DNA of 14,234 nucleotides from a bacterium (GTDB lineage Bacteria > JACPSX01), in contig DATEAK010000276.1 in assembly GCA_035288405.1 (NCBI GenBank), forward strand, positions 1 through 14,234, in the 5' to 3' direction. Under the pieces are notes generated by a model. The model was not told the DNA's origin. It searched no databases and saw only the letters and a list, made by a program, of their open reading frames with translations. Within the stretch, counting starts at the first letter, position 1. Each line of letters opens with the position of its first letter. Made by a program: the position numbers and the translations under genes. Below are positions 6,954 through 14,118 of this stretch, piece by piece.

Positions 6954-7952
6954 TTATTCACTCGCTGAATGGCTGCCGTTGGCGTCCGGCTTTTCACCGT
7001 TGCCGCTGTTGCTGTTCGTAATCTTGTTGAGCGCGGTCACGCCCATGAGAGCTCCCAGCCCCATGGTTTCGACGGCCGAGCTCGGTACGATGACCATGGA
7101 GCCCCTCTCCTTGAGGCCTTCGTAGAGCATGTTCATGGCTCGCAGGTGAAGGGCCGTGGGATTATCCTTGTAGGATTCGGCTGCCTCGGCGAACATCTGG
7201 GCAATCTGAGTCTCCGATCGTCCGAGGATCACTCGGGCCTGACGCTCTCTCTCTGCCTGGGCCTGGATCGACAGGGCGTCCTGGAGAGAGGCCGGGATGA
7301 TCACGTCCCGGATCTCCACGGAAAGAACCTGAAGGCCCCAGCCGTCGGTGCGCTTGTCAATGAGGTTCTTGATCTGCTCGTCGATATTCTCACGCCCCAC
7401 GAGCATATCGGAGAGCTCGCTCTTGCCGATCACATCCCGCAGAGCCGTCTGGGATGCCCAGCTGATCACGTCGTAGTAGTCGGTGACTTCCAGTGCCGCT
7501 TTTTCAGGGTTGACGACTTTCCAGAAGCAGACGGCGTCCACGTCTACGGGGACGTTGTCTTTGGTCAAGGTTTCCTCGGCCCGGAAGCCGGTAGCGGTTA
7601 GCCGCAGGTCGATCCAGTAGGGAATCGTGTCAATCAGGGGGAAGATGAAAAAGAGGCCCGGGCCCGCCATCCTATGGAATTTCCCCAAGCGCAGGACGAT
7701 GGCGCGCTCCCACTGAGTCGCGACCTTCAGAGCCAGAAGGATAAACACGCCCACCGCCAGCAGAATCCCAGTAGGAATCGGGTTGTTTGTCAGGACGAAG
7801 GCCCCTACTCCGAACAGGGCGCACGCCACAAACAAGGTGGCCGAGAGGAGATTCGGGCGCAGCGTACCGGCCCGGATCTTCTGGGCCTCGAACTCATCCT
7901 GCTGTCTTTTGGCGGCGCGCCGGATCTCTTGCTTGGTACTCGGTTCCATCAT
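6954..7952 (-). CDS. SPFH/band-7 (stomatin/HflKC-like) membrane protein
   Basis: One N-terminal TM followed by the characteristic ATQWERAIVLRLGKF…GPGLFFIFPLID SPFH core and a coiled-coil Q/E/R-rich region. Strong SD AAGGAGGAA sits 4-5 nt before ATGATG at 7952. It lies between the NrfD and catalytic-subunit genes. Confidence 0.85.
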   Translation of the reverse strand: MMEPSTKQEIRRAAKRQQDEFEAQKIRAGTLRPNLLSATLFVACALFGVGAFVLTNNPIPTGILLAVGVFILLALKVATQWERAIVLRLGKFHRMAGPGLFFIFPLIDTIPYWIDLRLTATGFRAEETLTKDNVPVDVDAVCFWKVVNPEKAALEVTDYYDVISWASQTALRDVIGKSELSDMLVGRENIDEQIKNLIDKRTDGWGLQVLSVEIRDVIIPASLQDALSIQAQAERERQARVILGRSETQIAQMFAEAAESYKDNPTALHLRAMNMLYEGLKERGSMVIVPSSAVETMGLGALMGVTALNKITNSNSGNGEKPDANGSHSASE

Positions 7953-7979
7953 TCAGTTCCTCCTTGCGTGGTTACCAGT

Positions 7980-8879
7980 TTAGTGTTGGGGAATTGCCTG
8001 TCCGCCGATTACCATGGTGTAGCGCATCGCGAAGATTCCGAGCATGACTAGAACCGAGGCCACCGAGATCCCAAAGGGGGTCCGGGTGATGCGGTTGCTC
8101 AAGAGGGCAAGGGGGACCAGCGCCCCCAGGAGGATCTCTCCTCCCAGGAAGATATTTCGGAAGGCCCCTGTGAGGATGAGTTGTGCGGCCTCGTACGCTT
8201 CGTCGTGGGAGTTCAAGAGGACGAGAATGTCCGTGCCGATCAGGGAGAGATCCGCAACGATGGATACGATCAGCATGACCACCAGGCCGTTGATGAGGTC
8301 CATGTTAATCTTGCGCTCGGCGCTGAAGAATTTGTCCCGGGCGATTGCGATCAGAATCATCATGGCGATTCCGGAAACCATGGCCGAAGCCAGAAAGATG
8401 AAGGGCATCAACGCCGTGTTCCACAAAATGCGCGCCTTGGCCAGAGCCAGGATGAACCCCGTGTAGCCGTGCACCGACAGGGCGAGCGGGATGCCGATCA
8501 AGCCGAAGATCTTTGTGAGCTTGGCTTTTCCCATAAACATGAAAGTTCCGTAGATCATGCAGTTGATCGGGTACAGGGTGAGAAGAAACGAACCGTAAGA
8601 AATGGCCGAAGTTGGGTTGATGTAGTAGAAGAGTTCCCAGAAGCGCCAGGGCTGCTCCAGGTCGATCATCAAGTTCAAGGGCGCCACGATAAGGAGCAGG
8701 ATAGCCACGACGACGCCGATCTTCCCCAGGGGCTTGTAGCGGATCATGCCGAAGCCGTAAGCCAGTGTGGACAGGATGAAGGAACCGGCGCTGAGTCCCG
8801 TGAGATAGAAATAAACGGCAATGGGGATCCCCAGAGCCTCTCCGTAAGCGACGTTGTAAATGGTCGTAACTTCAGTCAT
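7980..8879 (-). CDS. NrfD/PsrC-family polytopic membrane quinol-interacting anchor subunit
   Basis: 299 aa, ~8 hydrophobic helices, typical NrfD/PsrC composition. The start ATG is 1 nt after the FeS-subunit stop (TAAGATG), with AGAGGAAG SD. Confidence 0.9.
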   Translation of the reverse strand: MTEVTTIYNVAYGEALGIPIAVYFYLTGLSAGSFILSTLAYGFGMIRYKPLGKIGVVVAILLLIVAPLNLMIDLEQPWRFWELFYYINPTSAISYGSFLLTLYPINCMIYGTFMFMGKAKLTKIFGLIGIPLALSVHGYTGFILALAKARILWNTALMPFIFLASAMVSGIAMMILIAIARDKFFSAERKINMDLINGLVVMLIVSIVADLSLIGTDILVLLNSHDEAYEAAQLILTGAFRNIFLGGEILLGALVPLALLSNRITRTPFGISVASVLVMLGIFAMRYTMVIGGQAIPQH

Positions 8880-8880
8880 C

Positions 8881-9486
8881 TTAGGCTTCCTCTACCCTTG
8901 TTTTGGCGGCCATCTCATCGAGGCCGATATAGAAAACTCGGGGCTCGGTCCCCTTCTCGGGCTTGAGAACCTGGATTGCGTTGGTGGCGATGAGACGGGA
9001 GATTTCGCTTTCGGGGTCGTTCACGTCTCCAAACACGCGGGCCCCGCCGGGACAGGTGTTGACACAAGACGGCACCAGCCCGGCGTCCACCCGGTGAAAG
9101 CAGAAGGTGCATTTCTGCACGATTTTCTTGACGGGGTTCACGTGCCGGGCGTCGTAAGGACAGGCGGCCATGCAATACTTGCAGCCGATGCAGCGGTGCT
9201 CGTCGATCATGACGATGCCGTCGGGCCTGCGGTAGGTCGCTTTCACGGGGCACACGCTCAGGCAAGCGGGACGCTCGCAGTTGTTGCACAGGCTGGGGAT
9301 GAAGACACGCCGTACGTTGGGGTAAGACCCTTTCTCTACGGTCTTGACCCAGGTCCGGTAGACTCCGAGGGGAACATCGTTTTCACTCTTGCAGGCAACG
9401 GCGCAGGAGTGACAGCCCAGGCAGCGCCTCAAGTCAATGAGCATGGCGTAGCGTTTGCTTTTTTTTTGGGAACCATTCCCTTTCAC
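8881..9486 (-). CDS. PsrB/TtrB/NrfC-like four-cluster [4Fe-4S] electron-transfer subunit
   Basis: Four ferredoxin-type motifs: CLGCHSCAVACKSEN, CNNCERPACLSVCP, CIGCKYCMAACP, CTFCFHRVDAGLVPSCVNTCP. Conserved KRYAMLIDLRRCLGC N-terminus. GTG start. No Tat motif, so it is presumably a hitchhiker on the catalytic subunit. Confidence 0.9.
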   Translation of the reverse strand: MKGNGSQKKSKRYAMLIDLRRCLGCHSCAVACKSENDVPLGVYRTWVKTVEKGSYPNVRRVFIPSLCNNCERPACLSVCPVKATYRRPDGIVMIDEHRCIGCKYCMAACPYDARHVNPVKKIVQKCTFCFHRVDAGLVPSCVNTCPGGARVFGDVNDPESEISRLIATNAIQVLKPEKGTEPRVFYIGLDEMAAKTRVEEA

Positions 9487-9488
9487 GA

Positions 9489-9611
9489 TTACTTCCCTTT
9501 TTCAGAAAGGTTTTTCCCCTGCGCGCCAAAGGCGTGCCAGCTCCAGGCGGCAAACAGCGCCACCGCAAACAAAATTCCGCCGAACGTCAAAAAGATCTTA
9601 AACCAGGTCAC
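9489..9611 (-). CDS. unannotated 40-aa single-TM peptide (VTWFKIFLTFGGILFAVALFAAWSWHAFGAQGKNLSEKGK)
   Basis: GTG start at 9611-9609 lies 5 nt after AAAGGAGGAA. The TAA stop at 9491-9489 is 2 nt before the FeS-subunit start. It has a hydrophobic core and a basic C-tail, and is below the 60-aa track threshold. Confidence 0.3.
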   Translation of the reverse strand: MTWFKIFLTFGGILFAVALFAAWSWHAFGAQGKNLSEKGK

Positions 9612-9637
9612 TGGTTCCTCCTTTCATGGCCTTCGCG

Positions 9638-10054
9638 TTACCCTGAGTTCGGGGGGGTGCCCTCAGAGGAAAAGAATTGCTGTACCGTCCTGAGCCCGAT
9701 GAGGAGAGGAGTGGGCTCGGAGGACGCTGCGGGATCGAGGTTCTTCTCTGGGTCGAACCTCTCCAGGGATCTGTTGACGAGATGTTTGGTGATGGCTCCC
9801 ACGGCCAGCGCTACTAGAGAGCCTACGGCCAGCCAGAAGAGGCAGGCCACGGCCACTGCGAGGGCCATGCCGCCGACTACGAAGAGGGTGACGACTCCGC
9901 GCTCCGGCAGGGGAGAACCCATGATACTCACTGCCGAGATCAAGCCGAAAGAGCCCCCATAAAATATTCCCCAGGGAACTCCCACGAACAGAAAAACTGC
10001 GGCACCGGCAACAGCGCCGACTTTCAGTTGGAGTCGCAGTGCTCGTCGTGTCAT
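9638..10054 (-). CDS. hypothetical ~3-TM membrane protein with proline-rich soluble C-tail
   Basis: 138 aa. Three hydrophobic segments (AVAGAAVFLFVGVPWGIFYGG / FGLISAVSIMG / VVTLFVVGGMALAVAVACLFWLAVGSLVALAVGAI). Its start is 9 nt downstream of the receiver-gene stop. I recognise no family. Confidence 0.55.
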   Translation of the reverse strand: MTRRALRLQLKVGAVAGAAVFLFVGVPWGIFYGGSFGLISAVSIMGSPLPERGVVTLFVVGGMALAVAVACLFWLAVGSLVALAVGAITKHLVNRSLERFDPEKNLDPAASSEPTPLLIGLRTVQQFFSSEGTPPNSG

Positions 10055-10063
10055 GGCCCTCTC

Positions 10064-10495
10064 CTATTTTTGTACGCCCCCCTCCAGGGCCCGCAAAATC
10101 TGCCGCGGCTGGAAGGGCTCGAGAAAGCAAGGGAAGAAATCGACTTGCTCTCTTTCGCCACCGCAAAGCTCCGACTCATCTCCCACGGTTAGAATCACTC
10201 TGACCCCGGGATTGAGTCGGCGCACGATGGAAGCCACTTCGTATCCGGAAAGATCCCGAAGCTTCCCCTTGATGATGACTGCGTCCACCCCTCCGTTGAG
10301 CACCATGGAGACGGCCTTTCGGCCCTGGCGGGTTCGGGAAACCCGGTAGCCTTCCTCCTCGAGGAAATCCGTAAGGGACTCGCACTGGTCCTGTTCGTCG
10401 TGAACGAGAAGAATGCGCCGAACCTCGGGCCTTTCCGTGTCTCCGTTGCCCCTGGAGAAGAACTTTTTCCCAAGGAGATCCATCAATCCGTTCAT
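10064..10495 (-). CDS. stand-alone CheY-like receiver-domain protein with degenerate active site (pseudo-receiver)
   Basis: Track ORF is 10064..10546 with a GTG start. That start overlaps the sigma54 promoter, so the likely start is the ATG at 10495 (M18), with AGAGGAAC SD 7 nt upstream. The receiver fold is conserved (RRILLVHDE…T in RVILTVGD). However, the phospho-acceptor position reads VIIK (Lys) and the β5 Lys position reads CFLEPF (Glu). Confidence 0.7.
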   Translation of the reverse strand: MNGLMDLLGKKFFSRGNGDTERPEVRRILLVHDEQDQCESLTDFLEEEGYRVSRTRQGRKAVSMVLNGGVDAVIIKGKLRDLSGYEVASIVRRLNPGVRVILTVGDESELCGGEREQVDFFPCFLEPFQPRQILRALEGGVQK

Positions 10496-10529
10496 CGGTG
10501 GTTCCTCTGTTAGTGTTGCCATGGAGAAG

Positions 10530-10546
10530 TGCAGGTTGTGTGCCAC
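10530..10546 (-). promoter_or_regulatory. sigma54 (RpoN) -24/-12 promoter TGGCAC-N5-CTGCA for the oxidoreductase operon
   Basis: The minus strand reads G-TGGCAC-ACAAC-CTGCA (plus 10530-10546 tgcaggttgtgtgccac). This is one mismatch from TGGCAC-N5-TTGCA. It lies ~35 nt upstream of the proposed receiver start and downstream of an NtrC-type activator gene. Confidence 0.5.
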
Positions 10547-10591
10547 AGCGCCGACACACCGGCAACGCCTTAGCAGGCCGCTGAAAAAGTC

Positions 10592-10616
10592 TCGTGGTTC
10601 GACAGGCTCACCACGA
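10592..10616. promoter_or_regulatory. inverted repeat TCGTGGT-N11-ACCACGA, candidate enhancer-binding-protein UAS
   Basis: Perfect 7-bp arms at 10592-10598 and 10610-10616, centred ~85 bp upstream of the predicted sigma54 transcription start. Confidence 0.3.
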
Positions 10617-10784
10617 ACGGTTAAGTACTAATGTTTTCAATAGCAGTCCCGTTCGGCCTGAGCTTGTCGAAGGCCAAATGGAGGGCGTTAGATTTGCTGG
10701 AAGATTTGAGGGTCTGAGGAGTGTTCAGGAAGTTCGGAAAGGAGGGGAGAAAAAAAGTGAAACGAAGTTTTGCAAAGGATCATT

Positions 10785-12167
10785 TCATTCTTTAATGTCT
10801 TTCTGGCTCTCCTCAATCTTGCGCCAGAGGGTCACGGTGCTGATTCCGAGGATCTCAGAAGCCTTTTTGCGGTTCCAGCGGGTGGCCTGCAGAACTTCCA
10901 AAATGTAGTCTTGCTCGATCTTCTTGAGGGAAGGGTATTGATCAACCCCCTTGGCGTCATTTATAGCAACAGATGAGGCGGGTACCGCTTCGCTGTTGAG
11001 CTGGCTGAAGCTGTCTATGGTGATTATCTCTGCTTCGGTGAGGATCACGGCGCGCTCGACGGCGTTTTCCAGCTCCCGGACATTTCCAGGCCACGGGTAG
11101 CTCTCCAGGAGAGCACGAGCTCCAGGGGTGAACCCCCTCACCCGTTTCTTCAAATCCGCGTTATACTTCGCGAGAAAGTAGTCGGCCAGCAGAGGAATAT
11201 CTCCCGGTCGTTCACGCAAGGGAGGAAGCATGATCGGCATCACATTCAGCCGGTAGTAGAGATCCTCGCGAAAGGTGCCGCGGCGGATGGCATCCTTCAG
11301 ATCCCGATTCGTGGCCGCCACGATGCGCACATCTACGAAGACCTTGCGCTCGCTTCCCACGGGCTGGATCTCTCTCTCCTGCAAGGCTCGCATGAGCTTG
11401 GCCTGGAGATCAACGCTCATGTCCCCTACCTCGTCCAGGAACAAAGTTCCGCCGTCGGCGAGCTCGAAGAGCCCTTTCTTACGGCGCAGGGCTCCGGTAA
11501 AGGCGCCCTTCTCATGGCCAAAGAGCTCGCTTTCCAGGAGATCCGCGGGGATGGCGGCGCAATTGACCACCACCAACTGGCCGTTGGCACGGCTGCTCTT
11601 CTGATGAACCTGCCGGGCCACGAGCTCCTTGCCCGTTCCCGTTTCCCCCAGGATCAGCACCGTGGAATCAGTGACGGCCACCTTGTCGATGAGCTGGCAT
11701 ACTTTCTGAATGGGGTCACTCTCGCCGATGATTTTTCCGGCGCTCACGGAACGGCGCAGGGCTTCCTTGAGGGCCCGGTTTTCCTGGAGGAGGTGCTGGC
11801 GCTCCAGGGCATTTTTGATCACCAGGCGCAGCTCGTCGGGGGTGAAGGGCTTGGGAACGTAGTCTACAGCCCCCTCCCGCATGGATTCCACCGCCGTGTC
11901 CACGTCGGCGTAACCCGTGATCATGATGACCGCCAGTTGGGAATCGATTTTGTGAAGGGATCGCAGGAGCTCGATGCCGCTCATCTTGGGCATCTTGATG
12001 TCGGCCACGATGATATCGAAAGCGTCGGTCCGAAAGCGCTCAAGGGCTTCGAAGCCGTTGCTGCAGGTCACGACCTCGTAATTTTCTTTCTTGAGGGCTT
12101 GGGTGCAGGCGTCCCGTGTGTCTTCCTCGTCGTCCACGATCAGGATGCGCTTGCGGGGCAGTTCCAT
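10785..12167 (-). CDS. NtrC-family sigma54-dependent response regulator (receiver + AAA+ + Fis-type HTH)
   Basis: Canonical receiver (ILIVDDEED…IIVADIKMP), Walker A GETGTGKE, the GAFTGA motif, and C-terminal HTH EILGISTVTLWRKI. AAAGGG SD. The gene lies 13 nt downstream of the kinase stop. Confidence 0.92.
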   Translation of the reverse strand: MELPRKRILIVDDEEDTRDACTQALKKENYEVVTCSNGFEALERFRTDAFDIIVADIKMPKMSGIELLRSLHKIDSQLAVIMITGYADVDTAVESMREGAVDYVPKPFTPDELRLVIKNALERQHLLQENRALKEALRRSVSAGKIIGESDPIQKVCQLIDKVAVTDSTVLILGETGTGKELVARQVHQKSSRANGQLVVVNCAAIPADLLESELFGHEKGAFTGALRRKKGLFELADGGTLFLDEVGDMSVDLQAKLMRALQEREIQPVGSERKVFVDVRIVAATNRDLKDAIRRGTFREDLYYRLNVMPIMLPPLRERPGDIPLLADYFLAKYNADLKKRVRGFTPGARALLESYPWPGNVRELENAVERAVILTEAEIITIDSFSQLNSEAVPASSVAINDAKGVDQYPSLKKIEQDYILEVLQATRWNRKKASEILGISTVTLWRKIEESQKDIKE

Positions 12168-12180
12168 AAACCCTTTCCCT

Positions 12181-14118
12181 CTATGCAGACACCGCAGCCA
12201 CGCCGGCCTGCACCGGAAGGCGAAAGATCAGAGCCGTCCCTCCTTCACCGTTGCCGCTCTCAATCCAGATGTTTCCCCCGTGCCTCTGGATGATCCCGTA
12301 ACAGATGGAGAGACCGAGTCCCGTCCCTTTATCTTTGGTCGTGTAAAAGGGCTCGAAAACTTTGGAGTGCAGTGCCTTGGGAATGCCGGGCCCGTTGTCT
12401 TTTACCGTCACAACGACCCAGTCTAGATCGAGTGCCCGGGTAATGACCTCGATCCGTCCTCCGGCATGAAATGCCTGGACGGAGTTCTGCATGACGTTCA
12501 CCAGAACCTGCTGGATCTGACTGCGGTCGCAGATAACCCGGGGAAGATCGGGTTCCAAGTGCAAGTGACACTCTACATTATTAATACGGATCTCGTTGGC
12601 CAAAATGCTATTGGCGGCCAGGACGATCTGATTCATATCGTTGGGTTCCATGTCCGTGTTGGTGCTGCGAGTGTAGTCCAGCAGATCCGAGACGATCTTC
12701 TTGCTGCGCACCACGTTGTCCACGATCTTGCGGATGTTCTTGTAATGAGGATCCTCGGGGGCGGTTTCCTCCAGGACGAGCTTGGAATAGAGGAGGATGT
12801 TTCCCAAGGGATTGTTGATCTCATGAGCCACGCCGGCGGCGAGCTGCCCCGTGGCTGCCAGGCGCTCGGAGTGGATGAGCTGCTTTTGCAGTGATTCCCG
12901 GCTCTTCTCCTCGGTGAGATCGTGGGTAATATCCACATAGGCCAGGGTGTGGTCGTGCTCGTCTCGCAGGCTGCTGATGTTGACAAAAGCAGGGAAAGTT
13001 TTACCGTTCTTGCGCAGAAGCTGAATCTCGCTCCGGTAGGATCCTTCCAGTTCAACGGCATTCCAGACTCGACGCTGCGTCTCTCCCAGGAGGGAGTAAG
13101 GCTCACCGGTTAGTTCCATAGCACCGTAGCCGAGCATCTCCTCGGCGCCGTGACTGAAGAAAAGGATGGTGCCGTTGGGATCTATGACGATGATGGACTC
13201 GCGCACGTTGCCAAGCACCCGCTCCAGGAGTTCCTTTTTGTCCCGAATCTCGATGGAGCGTTTGAGGGCGTCGGCCATCTCGTTGAAGGATTGGGCCAGA
13301 ACTCCGATCTCGTCTTCTCCTTCGCCCAGAACTTTCCTGTCGAAATCCCCCTTGCTGAAGAACTTCGTCAAGTCCACGAGCTTTTTCAGGCGGTTGATCA
13401 CCAGGCGGTTCAACAGGAGACTCAGGACGATGACCGCGGTGATGATCATGAGTCCCATGGAGTAGAGAACCTCTCTGAATTTCGTGGCGATTTGCTTCTC
13501 AATGTCGGTCATGGAGAAGTCGGTGATGAGGACCCCGTTGATCTTGGTCAGGGGACTGTGACAGCCGTAGCACTCGGGTTCGTTGAAGATGGGGTTCACG
13601 TTGCGGAAGATTTGCTCGCCGTTCTCTTCCTTATATATGACGGTCTTGTTACGCACTTCGGGGCTATACCGGTGGCAGATCTGGCAGGTGTAATCGTTCT
13701 GATTGAGGATCTCACCGACCCGTCTCATCTCCGGGGACATCTTGATCTCCCCGCGCTTGTCCACCAGGAAAATGTTGTCTACCCCCTTCTGCTTGCCGAC
13801 GGTTTCGATGATGTAGCGGGCCTCCTCCAGATCGCGGTTGATCATGGCGTGCTTGAGGCTCCCCTTGATGACGTCGCTTAAGTAATGGGTGCTGGAATCC
13901 CGCAGGTTTTCGATGAGGTCGTGGCGAAAGCGGAACACCTGGTAGCTGTAGAAGACCGACATGATGGCCACGATGGCCACCACGATCCCCACAGTTGCCT
14001 TGAAGCGTAAGCTTTGATGAAACCTCTTGATCCTCAAAGGCCAACCTATGGATGCAGAACGAACTTCGAACGGTTGACCCCTCCCAATGGGGAATACATG
14101 TAGTCTCTTTGGGGACAA
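12181..14118 (-). CDS. sensor histidine kinase: TM, periplasmic domain with two c-type haem motifs, TM, HAMP, PAS, HisKA, HATPase_c
   Basis: TM1 ATVGIVVAIVAIMSVFYSY. ~160-aa periplasmic region containing CQICH (13686-13672) and CYGCH (13572-13558). TM2 VLYSMGLMIITAVIVLSLLL. Then HAMP, PAS, the H-box AAGVAHEINNPL, and N/G1/G2 boxes (DNGPGIP…GTGLGLSI). The track start at 14118 is TTG; the true start is uncertain. Confidence 0.9.
   Translation of the reverse strand: MSPKRLHVFPIGRGQPFEVRSASIGWPLRIKRFHQSLRFKATVGIVVAIVAIMSVFYSYQVFRFRHDLIENLRDSSTHYLSDVIKGSLKHAMINRDLEEARYIIETVGKQKGVDNIFLVDKRGEIKMSPEMRRVGEILNQNDYTCQICHRYSPEVRNKTVIYKEENGEQIFRNVNPIFNEPECYGCHSPLTKINGVLITDFSMTDIEKQIATKFREVLYSMGLMIITAVIVLSLLLNRLVINRLKKLVDLTKFFSKGDFDRKVLGEGEDEIGVLAQSFNEMADALKRSIEIRDKKELLERVLGNVRESIIVIDPNGTILFFSHGAEEMLGYGAMELTGEPYSLLGETQRRVWNAVELEGSYRSEIQLLRKNGKTFPAFVNISSLRDEHDHTLAYVDITHDLTEEKSRESLQKQLIHSERLAATGQLAAGVAHEINNPLGNILLYSKLVLEETAPEDPHYKNIRKIVDNVVRSKKIVSDLLDYTRSTNTDMEPNDMNQIVLAANSILANEIRINNVECHLHLEPDLPRVICDRSQIQQVLVNVMQNSVQAFHAGGRIEVITRALDLDWVVVTVKDNGPGIPKALHSKVFEPFYTTKDKGTGLGLSICYGIIQRHGGNIWIESGNGEGGTALIFRLPVQAGVAAVSA

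Noticed and set aside
9515-9539. Second sigma54-like match (minus strand TGGCAC-GCCTT-TGGCG)
   Set aside because: Two mismatches in the -12 element. It lies inside the small-peptide coding frame. GG-N10-GC occurs by chance at this GC content. The 10530-10546 match is kept instead.
8044-9693. 140-aa, 261-aa and 277-aa plus-strand ORFs
   Set aside because: Antisense to the NrfD and 4x[4Fe-4S] genes, whose motifs are unmistakable on the minus strand.
10745-10776. Possible intrinsic terminator after the NtrC-type gene (T8 on minus strand at 10757-10750, preceded by a short AAAC/GTTT stem)
   Set aside because: The stem is only ~4 bp and AT-rich, so it is not convincing. Readthrough into the sigma54 promoter region cannot be excluded.
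11275-13881. Plus-strand ORFs of 109, 259, 142 and 243 aa
   Set aside because: Antisense to the NtrC-type regulator and histidine kinase genes, which carry complete canonical motif sets.
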